Assembly (NCBI GenBank): GCA_018402015.1
Contig: JAGYJL010000008.1
Coordinates: 13,762-77,761, forward strand
Length of the DNA: 64,000 nucleotides
DNA from: Flavobacteriales bacterium
Lineage (GTDB): Bacteria; Bacteroidota; Bacteroidia; UBA10329
Direction of reading: 5' to 3'
In this document: positions 11,631 through 19,850 of the stretch, one piece after another
Layout of the letters: every line of letters starts with the position of its first letter
How positions within the stretch are numbered: position 1 is the stretch's first letter
Made by a program: the position numbers and the translations under genes
Notes under the pieces: generated by a model
The model's input: the letters and a program-made list of their open reading frames with translations, nothing else
Databases searched by the model: none
What the model was told of the DNA's origin: nothing

Positions 11631-13363
11631 CCGACAAGAAGGAAATACAACGAGCCGCAGAACTGATACGGGACGATTTTGATGCGTTCCACACGGAGTT
11701 CCAATCAATGACCAAAATGGCCGCTGATATTTTTGCCAGGAAGGCCTGGCGAGAAGGGCAGATCTTGGCTGTTACCCGTTTGGACCTTTATAAACACTAC
11801 GTCACTCATTCCGAAGAGAAACTGCAAGAAATCCTTGAAAAGAACTTTCAGGATCACGCAACGTGGAAATTGTTGAAACAGCGATTCAAGGAACTGGTAG
11901 CAACCAGGCGAGATGGACCTATTGTTGAGAGTTATTTCAATTCCGTTCTCAGAAAGCTCTTCATCAACGAAGGAATCGATGAAGAGGTGGAATTCATTGA
12001 TTTTGAAAGGCGCATTTTGCACACCAATCCAGAAGAACCCATCTATCAGCGTTTCTATCTTGGGTCGGATGATCTGGAAACTATCTGGTCGCGGATCATC
12101 AAATCGTATAGATTCCAATTCCAATTCAGCAACCTTGAAAGAGATATTGAGCGCGTTGCACAGGCAATTCGGTCCAAGGTTTTAGAGAAATTCGGGAGGC
12201 TTGAGGAAGTTGATCAGATGGATATGATCCGTTCGGTCTTCTATCGGAATAAAGGAGCGTATCTCGTAGGAAAGATCACCAAGGGTAATATTCAGATACC
12301 TATCGTTCTGCCATTGGTTCATTTCGATGATGGCGCGCGCATAGATGAGGTTCTTTTCAGTAAGAACGACATCTCCATTGTTTTCAGTTTCAGTAGGAGT
12401 TATTTCTTGGTTGACACAAAAAACCCAGTGGATCTGATCCATTTCCTGCGGCCGTTAATGAAGCACAAGAACATGTCGGAACTGTACGCGAGTATCGGGT
12501 ACAACCGTCATTCAAAAACAGTGCTTCTAAAGGAACTTTATCGGCATTTAGAATATTCTGATGATCAGTTTGTTCCCGCTCCCGGAATCAAAGGAATGGT
12601 GATGGTGGTATTTACGCTACCGGGCTTCAATATCGTATTCAAGTTGATCAGAGATAAGTTCGGGCCTACCAAGAATTTCGGTCGTCAACATGTTATCGAT
12701 TGCTACCGACTGGTTTTTATGCACGATAGGGTTGGCCGTTTGGCCGATGCCATGGAGTACGAATATCTTCAGTTTGATAAGAATCGATTCTCAGAAGAAG
12801 CGCTGCACGAGTTACTGGTAGAATGCTCCGAAACGTGCTATGTTGATGGAGATAAGTTGGTGGTAAAGCATCTTTTCACCGAAAGAAAGTTGGTTCCGCT
12901 CAATATCTATCTGGAAATGGTGGATGAGGAAGTAGGCAAGGAAGCTGTTATCGATTACGGAAATGCGGTAAAAGAACTTGCCGCAGCCAACATTTTCCCG
13001 GGCGATCTTCTGCTCAAGAACTTTGGAGTAACGCGCCATGGCCGTGTTATCTTCTACGATTATGACGAACTATGTTTCCTCGATCAGATCAATTTCCGGA
13101 TCATACCCCCGCCAAGAAACCCAGAGCAGATGTATTCTGGAGAACCATGGTATACCGCAGCAGAAAACGATGTGTTTCCAGAGGAATTCGGTGCTTTCAT
13201 GGTGCCCCGAGGTCCGCTTAAAGACACCTTCATGCAGTACCATTCAGACCTTTTTGATGTGAAATTCTGGAAGAATATGCAGGAAATTCATCGGAACGGG
13301 CAGGTTGCCGATTTCTTTCCCTATAAGCGAGGGCAGGTCAAATTGGGCTACAGCATTCAGTGA
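11627..13363 (+). CDS. aceK: Isocitrate dehydrogenase kinase/phosphatase AceK
   Basis: 578 aa, the same length as E. coli AceK. There are long colinear matches to the E. coli protein as I remember it: APGIKGMVMVVFTLPGFNIVFKLIRDKF, HDRVGRLADAMEYE, ERKLVPLNIYLE, IDYGNAVKELAAANIFPGDLLLKNFGVTRHGRVIFYDYDEL, and EPWYTAAENDVFPEEF. Confidence 0.9.
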   Translation: MTDKKEIQRAAELIRDDFDAFHTEFQSMTKMAADIFARKAWREGQILAVTRLDLYKHYVTHSEEKLQEILEKNFQDHATWKLLKQRFKELVATRRDGPIVESYFNSVLRKLFINEGIDEEVEFIDFERRILHTNPEEPIYQRFYLGSDDLETIWSRIIKSYRFQFQFSNLERDIERVAQAIRSKVLEKFGRLEEVDQMDMIRSVFYRNKGAYLVGKITKGNIQIPIVLPLVHFDDGARIDEVLFSKNDISIVFSFSRSYFLVDTKNPVDLIHFLRPLMKHKNMSELYASIGYNRHSKTVLLKELYRHLEYSDDQFVPAPGIKGMVMVVFTLPGFNIVFKLIRDKFGPTKNFGRQHVIDCYRLVFMHDRVGRLADAMEYEYLQFDKNRFSEEALHELLVECSETCYVDGDKLVVKHLFTERKLVPLNIYLEMVDEEVGKEAVIDYGNAVKELAAANIFPGDLLLKNFGVTRHGRVIFYDYDELCFLDQINFRIIPPPRNPEQMYSGEPWYTAAENDVFPEEFGAFMVPRGPLKDTFMQYHSDLFDVKFWKNMQEIHRNGQVADFFPYKRGQVKLGYSIQ

Positions 13364-13373
13364 TTGACGTTCG

Positions 13374-13772
13374 TTATTCAATGCGATGATATGTCCTTAT
13401 GAAATAGGTCATTTTACTTTCATTGCACAAAACATGGTCGCTCACTTCAGTGACGTACAGAACATTTCTTGGTTCGCCACATTCGAGGTCGTTCTGGAAA
13501 TGTAATGTGAGGGTGCCGTGATTTTCTTCAAACGTGAAATCTTGCGTGTAAACCCAATTGGCAGAACAGGAATCTGGGCAGAAATAATTTCTCTTTTGTC
13601 CCTTAGCATCTTCGTTAAAGTCGAATTGGGTCATATTAAGGCAGTTGCTGCTAAGCACCAACGTGTCTGATGTCCACTTGCCAATTATGCACGAGGGGTT
13701 GTCTGTATGTTTACATCCCCAAGTTGTAAGTATCGGAAACAGGACAACAAGAACAACTTTGGATAAGTTCAT
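13374..13772 (-). CDS. Small lipoprotein, unknown function
   Basis: 132-aa ORF with signal plus lipobox MNLSKVVLVVLFPILTTWGC. Cys-rich mature part. Convergent with aceK, with a 10-nt gap. Confidence 0.6.
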   Translation of the reverse strand: MNLSKVVLVVLFPILTTWGCKHTDNPSCIIGKWTSDTLVLSSNCLNMTQFDFNEDAKGQKRNYFCPDSCSANWVYTQDFTFEENHGTLTLHFQNDLECGEPRNVLYVTEVSDHVLCNESKMTYFIRTYHRIE

Positions 13773-13775
13773 CTT

Positions 13776-13811
13776 TCAAAAATAGAAAGCCCCACCAAAT
13801 TTGCAGGGCTT
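13776..13811 (-). terminator. Terminator downstream of icd
   Basis: The minus strand reads aagccc-tgcaaatttggtg-gggctt, followed by tctattttt. It lies between the icd stop (13845) and the next gene's start (13772). Confidence 0.55.
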
Positions 13812-13844
13812 AATTTATTCATCAATGCTTACCCTTTGACGTGT

Positions 13845-15110
13845 TTACATGTTTGCAATGATCTCGTCTCCAAAACCAGAACAGCTAAGAAGTGTGGCGC
13901 CTTCCATCAATCGCTCAAAATCGTAGGTAACGCGTTTCTTCGCAATAGAACTTTCAATGCCTTTGTAGATAAGGTCAGAAGCCTCAACCCAACCTAGGTG
14001 TTCCAGCATCATGCATCCGGAAAGGATCACAGAACTAGGGTTCACTTTATCCAATCCGGCATATTTTGGAGCTGTTCCGTGGGTTGCTTCAAAAATCGCG
14101 TGGCCTGATACGTAATTGATATTTGCTCCCGGAGCAATTCCGATACCACCAACCGAGGCGGCCAAGGCGTCAGACACGTAATCACCATTCAGGTTCATGG
14201 TAGCAATTACATCGTACTCTTTCGGACGAAGTTGAATCTGTTGAAGAAATGCATCAGCAATACTTTCTTTTACAATGATCTTTCCTGCGGCAATGGCAGC
14301 ATCCTGAATCTTGTTGGCTTCTTCTGTGCCTTTTTCGTCAGCAATTCTGTCATACTGAGCCCAAGTGAAAACCTTGTCTCCAAACTCTCTTTCGGCCAAA
14401 GCGTAGCCCCATTTCTTAAATCCACCTTCGGTGAATTTCATGATGTTGCCTTTGTGAACCAAGGTCAGACTTGGTTTCTTATGCTTGATGCAATATTCGA
14501 TTGAAGCACGCACCAACCGCTCAGTTCCTTCAATAGATATCGGCTTAATTCCGATAGATGAAGATTCAGGGAATCGGATGGATTTCACACCCATTTCGTT
14601 TTGTAGGAAGTTGATCACCTTTTTAACTTCCGGTGTTCCTGCTTCCCACTCAATACCTGCGTAAATGTCTTCGGTGTTTTCACGGAATATCACCATGTCC
14701 ACATACTCCGGATGCTTCATTGGAGAAGGAACTCCTTCAAACCAACGCACTGGTCGTACACACGTGTAGAGGTCGAGTTGTTGTCGTAACGCTACGTTCA
14801 ACGATCGAATGCCTCCACCAACTGGCGTGGTCAACGGTCCTTTAATAGCTATCAGATATTCTTTAATAACTTCTAAAGTTTCATTAGGAAGCCACTCACC
14901 CGTTTGGTTGAATGCCTTTTCTCCAGCTAGAACCTCTTTCCAAACCAAAGAACGTTCTCCGTTATAGGCCTTTTGTACGGCCGCTTGTAATACTTTGCTT
15001 GCGGCAGCCCAAATGTCCGGTCCAATGCCATCTCCTTCAATAAATGGAATAATGGGGTCGTTCGGTACTGTTAGTTTGCCGTTTTGTACTGTAATCTTAT
15101 TTCCTGCCAT
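13845..15110 (-). CDS. icd: NADP-dependent isocitrate dehydrogenase, E. coli-type homodimeric enzyme
   Basis: Very high similarity to E. coli Icd throughout, including the segment carrying the AceK-phosphorylated serine ([21 protein letters not shown]), [13 protein letters not shown] and [14 protein letters not shown] placed the start at [13 protein letters not shown] (ATG 15110). The ORF extends to an upstream ATG at 15146. Confidence 0.96.
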   Translation of the reverse strand: MAGNKITVQNGKLTVPNDPIIPFIEGDGIGPDIWAAASKVLQAAVQKAYNGERSLVWKEVLAGEKAFNQTGEWLPNETLEVIKEYLIAIKGPLTTPVGGGIRSLNVALRQQLDLYTCVRPVRWFEGVPSPMKHPEYVDMVIFRENTEDIYAGIEWEAGTPEVKKVINFLQNEMGVKSIRFPESSSIGIKPISIEGTERLVRASIEYCIKHKKPSLTLVHKGNIMKFTEGGFKKWGYALAEREFGDKVFTWAQYDRIADEKGTEEANKIQDAAIAAGKIIVKESIADAFLQQIQLRPKEYDVIATMNLNGDYVSDALAASVGGIGIAPGANINYVSGHAIFEATHGTAPKYAGLDKVNPSSVILSGCMMLEHLGWVEASDLIYKGIESSIAKKRVTYDFERLMEGATLLSCSGFGDEIIANM

Positions 15111-15218
15111 GGTATTTTCTTTTTCAGCGGGCGTAAATTTATACATATATGGTTACGTGCTACAGGTAGCAGCAGATAGCGTTGAATCTTATACGGGATT
15201 GAATAGGAAAATGTGGAA

Positions 15219-17018
15219 TCAGTAATCCAGATCGAGATCCAGTTCGTCTCGCAAATGCCGTAAGTTCGGGTTTTCCGTTACCATCTGCTCGTAGATCTCT
15301 TTCGGAGTGTAGGCCTTTTTCTTTATGATAACTTCCTTAACAGGAGTTTCCAACTGAACGGAGAAATTGTTCAGATCCTTCCGTATAGCTTCAATGAGAA
15401 CCGAACGGGTTTCTTGCAGTTGTTCTACCTGATGTGCGCCATCAAGCTCCAATTCTATGGTGAGGTCCTCCTTCAATTTAGGAGGGTTTTTTGTTAAGGA
15501 ACTGAGAATGCTTGGTTTGCCTTGAAACAGTACGTTGACCCTTTCTTGCCAGATCTCGCGCATTTTTTCTTCGGTAAATCCATCTTTCGGAAGGTCATCT
15601 GGATTCGGTGCCTCCTCCTCTTCGGCCTTCAGGGCATCGCTAATCCGTACGCCTCCTCTTCCAACACGTTTTCGTCCTTTTAATAAGATGGCATTCTGGG
15701 CGATAGGAGTTGTTGGTTCGGTGCGGTCTGGTTCGATCGCTGGTTGTAAGATTTCTGTGGCAACAACAGTTTCTTCAACTGCGGTAACATCATTTTCTAT
15801 TTTTTCGGCCACAGGTTCTGGCTCAGAAGGAACATCATTCTGAGCTTGTTCTAAAACGGGAAGTACGGTTGCTGATTGAACGACTTGCGCTTGCTGCTGT
15901 GGCTCAGTTAAGGGCTTTTTTTTTTGAGGCGCTGCAACTGCAGCACCTTCGGGCGCTTTGTGTAGCGCACACATTTTCATAATGGCGAGCTCTACTGTGA
16001 GCCGCTGGTTCTTACTGGCCTTGTACTGAACATCGCATTCGTTCATGGCGCGTAGTCCTTTCAATAGGTTGAGCGGAGAACAGCGTGGCGATTGCTCCAA
16101 ATAACGCTGCTGAATTTTTTCTGACACCTCCAGCAATTGAACAGTGGAAGCGTCTTTACACATGAGCAAATTGCGGAAATGAGATGCCAGTCCGTTGACA
16201 AATTCATGACCATTGAAACCGCGCTCTAACACTTCATTGAAAAGCAGCATCGAACCAGCCATGTCGCCTTCCAATATCAGATCGGTAGCGCGGAAATAGT
16301 AGTCGTAATCGAGAATATTGAGGTTCTCAATGGCGTCCTTGTAAGTAACTGTATTTCCAGAGAATGTCACCAACCTGTCGAAGATGGAAAGTGCATCACG
16401 GAGTGCCCCATCGGCTTTTTCGGCTACTACGTGCAGCGCTTCATCTTCTGCTGTAACGCCTTCTTTTTGGGCGATATTGGTCAAATAAGAAACCATGTCG
16501 CTTACCATAATTCGTCTGAAATCGAAAATCTGACAACGCGACAGAATAGTCGGTATGATCTTATGTTTCTCGGTAGTGGCCAAGATAAAGATGGCATGTG
16601 CCGGTGGTTCTTCCAACGTTTTCAGAAACGCGTTGAAAGCGGCCTGACTCAACATATGGACCTCATCAATGATATACACCTTGAACTTTCCTTGTTGAGG
16701 TGCAAATCGTACCTGATCGATGAGATTACGAATGTCATCTACAGAGTTGTTTGAAGCGGCATCCAGCTCAAATATGTTGAAGGCAAAATCCTCGTTCGGG
16801 TCTAACTCGCCCTCAAACGTATCCTGATTGATGGCTTTTGCCAGAATTCGAGCACAGGTTGTTTTTCCTACACCTCTTGGTCCGCAGAATAGTAAAGCCT
16901 GTGCAAGATGATTGTTCTTTATGGCCTTCTGAAGAGTAGATGTTATGGACTGCTGTCCCACAACGTCATCGAACGTTACGGGGCGGTACTTTCGTGCTGA
17001 AACGATGTAATTGTCCAT
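15219..17018 (-). CDS. dnaX: DNA polymerase III subunit tau (gamma/tau)
   Basis: Contains MDNYIVSARKYRPVTFDDVVGQ, Walker A GPRGVGKTT, DEVHMLS and the sensor ILSRCQIFDFRR. A low-complexity linker and C-terminal tau-specific domains follow. I preferred the start at ATG 17018, which gives 599 aa. The ORF is open to 17069. Confidence 0.95.
   Translation of the reverse strand: MDNYIVSARKYRPVTFDDVVGQQSITSTLQKAIKNNHLAQALLFCGPRGVGKTTCARILAKAINQDTFEGELDPNEDFAFNIFELDAASNNSVDDIRNLIDQVRFAPQQGKFKVYIIDEVHMLSQAAFNAFLKTLEEPPAHAIFILATTEKHKIIPTILSRCQIFDFRRIMVSDMVSYLTNIAQKEGVTAEDEALHVVAEKADGALRDALSIFDRLVTFSGNTVTYKDAIENLNILDYDYYFRATDLILEGDMAGSMLLFNEVLERGFNGHEFVNGLASHFRNLLMCKDASTVQLLEVSEKIQQRYLEQSPRCSPLNLLKGLRAMNECDVQYKASKNQRLTVELAIMKMCALHKAPEGAAVAAPQKKKPLTEPQQQAQVVQSATVLPVLEQAQNDVPSEPEPVAEKIENDVTAVEETVVATEILQPAIEPDRTEPTTPIAQNAILLKGRKRVGRGGVRISDALKAEEEEAPNPDDLPKDGFTEEKMREIWQERVNVLFQGKPSILSSLTKNPPKLKEDLTIELELDGAHQVEQLQETRSVLIEAIRKDLNNFSVQLETPVKEVIIKKKAYTPKEIYEQMVTENPNLRHLRDELDLDLDY
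15903..15925 (-). promoter_or_regulatory. Putative recoding signal (A10 run containing A AAA AAG) at the tau/gamma boundary of dnaX
   Basis: The minus strand reads cct CAA AAA AAA AAG ccc tta act gag. The -1 frame gives GCC CTT AAC TGA and the +1 frame gives AGC CCT TAA. See findings. Confidence 0.55.
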
Positions 17019-17126
17019 AGCTTTTTGGCGGATTTCAAAGGTAGTATTTAGCTCTGCGCGTGGGCTCAAAACTTATCCACGATCGTTGATAGTGAATGAG
17101 CTTCATAGATTTGAAGGTAAAAGGTG

Positions 17127-17157
17127 TTTGTATAAACGAACTGAATCCTTACTTTTG
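17127..17157 (+). promoter_or_regulatory. Candidate Bacteroidota-type promoter of the rpsF operon
   Basis: TTTG (17127-17130), a 19-nt spacer, then TActTTTG (17150-17157). This matches the Bacteroidetes -33 TTTG / -7 TAnnTTTG consensus. It lies ~48 nt upstream of the rpsF ATG. Confidence 0.4.
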
Positions 17158-17204
17158 CCGTCCGCTTTTTTGGCGGGTAATTAAACACAAACAACTAATT
17201 AATT

Positions 17205-17546
17205 ATGAACCAGTACGAAACCGTTTTCATTTTAACTCCCGTTTTGTCTGAAGCTCAGATGAAGGAAGCGGTAAAGGATTACGAAAAGTTCATAAAGGCT
17301 GATGGAGGCAAAATTGTCTCTACGGAAGATTGGGGGTTGCGCAAACTGGCGTATCCTATCCAAAAGAAATCCAACGGCTTTTACAACCTTTTTGAGTTCC
17401 AAGCCAACCCTTCGTTGATTGCTGATCTTGAATTGAAATTCAAGCGTGACGAACGTGTAATTCGCTTCTTGACTGTCAAGATGGACAAGTACCATGTTGA
17501 GTATGCAGAGCGCAGAAGAAACAAAAGAAAAGAAGTAAAAGCTTAA
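17205..17546 (+). CDS. rpsF: 30S ribosomal protein S6
   Basis: 113 aa. [18 protein letters not shown]...[13 protein letters not shown] is the typical S6 pattern. Confidence 0.97.
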   Translation: MNQYETVFILTPVLSEAQMKEAVKDYEKFIKADGGKIVSTEDWGLRKLAYPIQKKSNGFYNLFEFQANPSLIADLELKFKRDERVIRFLTVKMDKYHVEYAERRRNKRKEVKA

Positions 17547-17550
17547 GGAC

Positions 17551-17823
17551 ATGGCAGGAAAGAAAGAAGGAGAGATCAGATATCTGAATCCACCAACAGT
17601 AGAAATTAAGAGAGACAAGTATTGCCGTTTTCAGAAGTACGGTATCAAGTTCATTGATTACAAAGACCCGGATTATCTTCTGGCTTTTATCAACGAACAA
17701 GGTAAATTGCTTCCAAGAAGACTTACCGGTACATCTTTGAAGTATCAGCGCAAAGTGGCTCAAGCTGTAAAGCGAGCGCGGCACATTGCTTTGATGCCTT
17801 ACGTTGCTGACCTAATGAAATAA
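17551..17823 (+). CDS. rpsR: 30S ribosomal protein S18
   Basis: 90 aa. [60 protein letters not shown]. Confidence 0.97.
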   Translation: MAGKKEGEIRYLNPPTVEIKRDKYCRFQKYGIKFIDYKDPDYLLAFINEQGKLLPRRLTGTSLKYQRKVAQAVKRARHIALMPYVADLMK

Positions 17824-17828
17824 GAACC

Positions 17829-18278
17829 ATGGACGTTATACTAAAGAAAGATGTAGACAACCTGGGTTACAAGAACGATCTTGTAACAGTTAAACCAGGA
17901 TACGCACGTAACTACTTGGTCCCTCAAGGCTTGGCAGTTGTTGCAACTTCAAGTACCAAAAAAGTGCGCGAAGAAGACCTACGACAGAGAGCTCATCGCG
18001 AAGCTAAGTTGATTGAAGAGGCAACCAAATTGTTGGCTAAGATTCAAGGTGCTGACATTAAGGTTGGAGCTAAAGCAGGTGAAGGTGATAAGATCTTCGG
18101 TTCTGTGAACAGTATTCAGGTTGCTGAGGCGATCAAAACTGCTACAGGAGTTGAGGTTGACCGTAAGAAGGTAGGTTTGAAAGAATCAACTGTTAAATCA
18201 CTCGGAAAATATACAGCCACTATCAAGCTTCATAAAGAAGTAGAAGGTGAGTTTGAATTTGACGTGGTGGCGGAGTAA
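17829..18278 (+). CDS. rplI: 50S ribosomal protein L9
   Basis: 149 aa. MDVILKKDVDNLGYKNDLVTVKPGYARNYLVPQGLA. Confidence 0.97.
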   Translation: MDVILKKDVDNLGYKNDLVTVKPGYARNYLVPQGLAVVATSSTKKVREEDLRQRAHREAKLIEEATKLLAKIQGADIKVGAKAGEGDKIFGSVNSIQVAEAIKTATGVEVDRKKVGLKESTVKSLGKYTATIKLHKEVEGEFEFDVVAE

Positions 18279-18297
18279 TTCTTAAACTGATAATTTT

Positions 18298-18336
18298 GAA
18301 AGCCCCGATCGGGAAACTGGTCTCAGGCTTTTTTTC
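18298..18336 (+). terminator. Terminator of the rpsF-rpsR-rplI operon
   Basis: aaagcc (18299-18304) pairs with ggcttt (18326-18331), with an inner ccgatcgg palindrome, then a T-run to 18335. Confidence 0.6.
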
Positions 18337-18434
18337 TTTGGTGTAATGTCTGATGTCTTGTTTTGGAAGCCTATGCTTCGGGTTTCTGCTGAAACGATTT
18401 TATCTGTTCATCAGCTGATCAACTTCTTCAACAT

Positions 18435-19679
18435 TTACTCAAACCGCAAACTCTCTATCGGATCAAGATTTGAAGCTTTAATGGCTGGATAGATTCCTGA
18501 GACAACACCAACAATAAAGCAGATAATCACCGCTATGATGCTAACCATGGACATTCGTCCACTACCGATGAAACTCGAAACTCCGTTTCCGATCATAATT
18601 CCGAACACGATTCCGAACATTCCGCCTAAAACTGAGATGGAAACCGCCTCAACCAAAAACTGAAGTCGGATGAATGCTTTGGTTGCTCCTAGTGCTTTTC
18701 GAACGCCAACTTCACGCGTTCGTTCGGTAACCGAAACAAGCATGATGTTCATTAGACCGATTGCCGCGCCCGGTAATGGCGATTCTATCATGAAGCCCGC
18801 TACTTGTACTTCATAAAGATTGTCGACCAGCATTTTTGAAAGGTTGTCGCTTCGTACAACTTCAAAGTTGTTTTCCTCGCTGGCGCTCACTCCTCGCACT
18901 ACTCGGAATGTTCCCGTTGCTTCGCTGATGGCGCTTTCTAGGGAAGTAATATTGTCTGCCAACACGCTGATGGTGAATGAGGTTTTTGGCCTAAGGAAAT
19001 GCTGTCTTGCGTTGGTCAGTGTTATCATGCAGGTCTTATCGCCACCAAAACCCATGCTCGAACCTTTCTCTGCCAGTACACCAATGACCTTATACTTGTG
19101 TGCTCCAACTGCAACTTCTTCGCCAATAGGGTCGGCATTTTTAGGAAACAGTGCTTTTTTTATTTCCTGACCGATAACAATAACCGGTATTCCAAATCGC
19201 AATTCTGTTTCGGAGAAATTCCGGCCACGTTCAATCTCATATCCGCTTACCGCAAAGTAGTCTGCATCGCAACCTAGTACATTGATGTTTGGTTGCGTTT
19301 TTTCAGAGCCATGCTTCAATGTAGAAGCAAAAGAGGCGTAGGCAGATACGCTTGTGAGCGCAGGGAATTGAAAGGTTTTCTGAAAACGTTCGGCTTCGCG
19401 ATAGCTGATATGCTCGTATTGTTTGGGGCGTTTTCCACCACGACCTATCCGAATGTTAGAGCCTCTGTTTCTAATGGTGAAAGTGTTGGCGCCCATGCTG
19501 GCAAAATTGCTCGTAAGAGAACTTTTGATCCCATCAATGGAAGTTAGAATCCCCACCAAAGCAGTAATGCCAATGGCAATGATCAGCATGGTGAACCTTT
19601 TTTTTAGTACCTGACTTCGGATGGACCCCAAAGCCACTTTTACGTTCTCAATTACAAGCTGTAAATACTTTCTGTCCAT
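18435..19679 (-). CDS. ABC transporter permease, MacB/FtsX family
   Basis: 414 aa. N-terminal TM helix, a large periplasmic MacB-type domain, and a C-terminal FtsX domain with VSVTERTREVGVRKALGA and LDPIESLRFE. No adjacent ATPase gene. Confidence 0.88.
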   Translation of the reverse strand: MDRKYLQLVIENVKVALGSIRSQVLKKRFTMLIIAIGITALVGILTSIDGIKSSLTSNFASMGANTFTIRNRGSNIRIGRGGKRPKQYEHISYREAERFQKTFQFPALTSVSAYASFASTLKHGSEKTQPNINVLGCDADYFAVSGYEIERGRNFSETELRFGIPVIVIGQEIKKALFPKNADPIGEEVAVGAHKYKVIGVLAEKGSSMGFGGDKTCMITLTNARQHFLRPKTSFTISVLADNITSLESAISEATGTFRVVRGVSASEENNFEVVRSDNLSKMLVDNLYEVQVAGFMIESPLPGAAIGLMNIMLVSVTERTREVGVRKALGATKAFIRLQFLVEAVSISVLGGMFGIVFGIMIGNGVSSFIGSGRMSMVSIIAVIICFIVGVVSGIYPAIKASNLDPIESLRFE

Positions 19680-19850
19680 TCCTCAATTACGGCCTGCGAA
19701 AGGTAGCTATTTGAACGTAGTTTTTGCCTTGATTATGGTGTGCTGATTCCCTAAATTCGCGATCGGAAAATGAACGGGTTCTAAACTGAATTGTTCATCG
19801 GCTAAAAGCGAATTCGCAAATCAATAAACAACACTAAAAATACTTCTGGT

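Noticed and set aside
18435-19679. Orphan MacB/FtsX permease without a partner ATPase as something unusual
   Set aside because: Stand-alone FtsX-family permease genes are common in Bacteroidota genomes, with the ATPase encoded elsewhere. Nothing in the sequence suggests a special arrangement.
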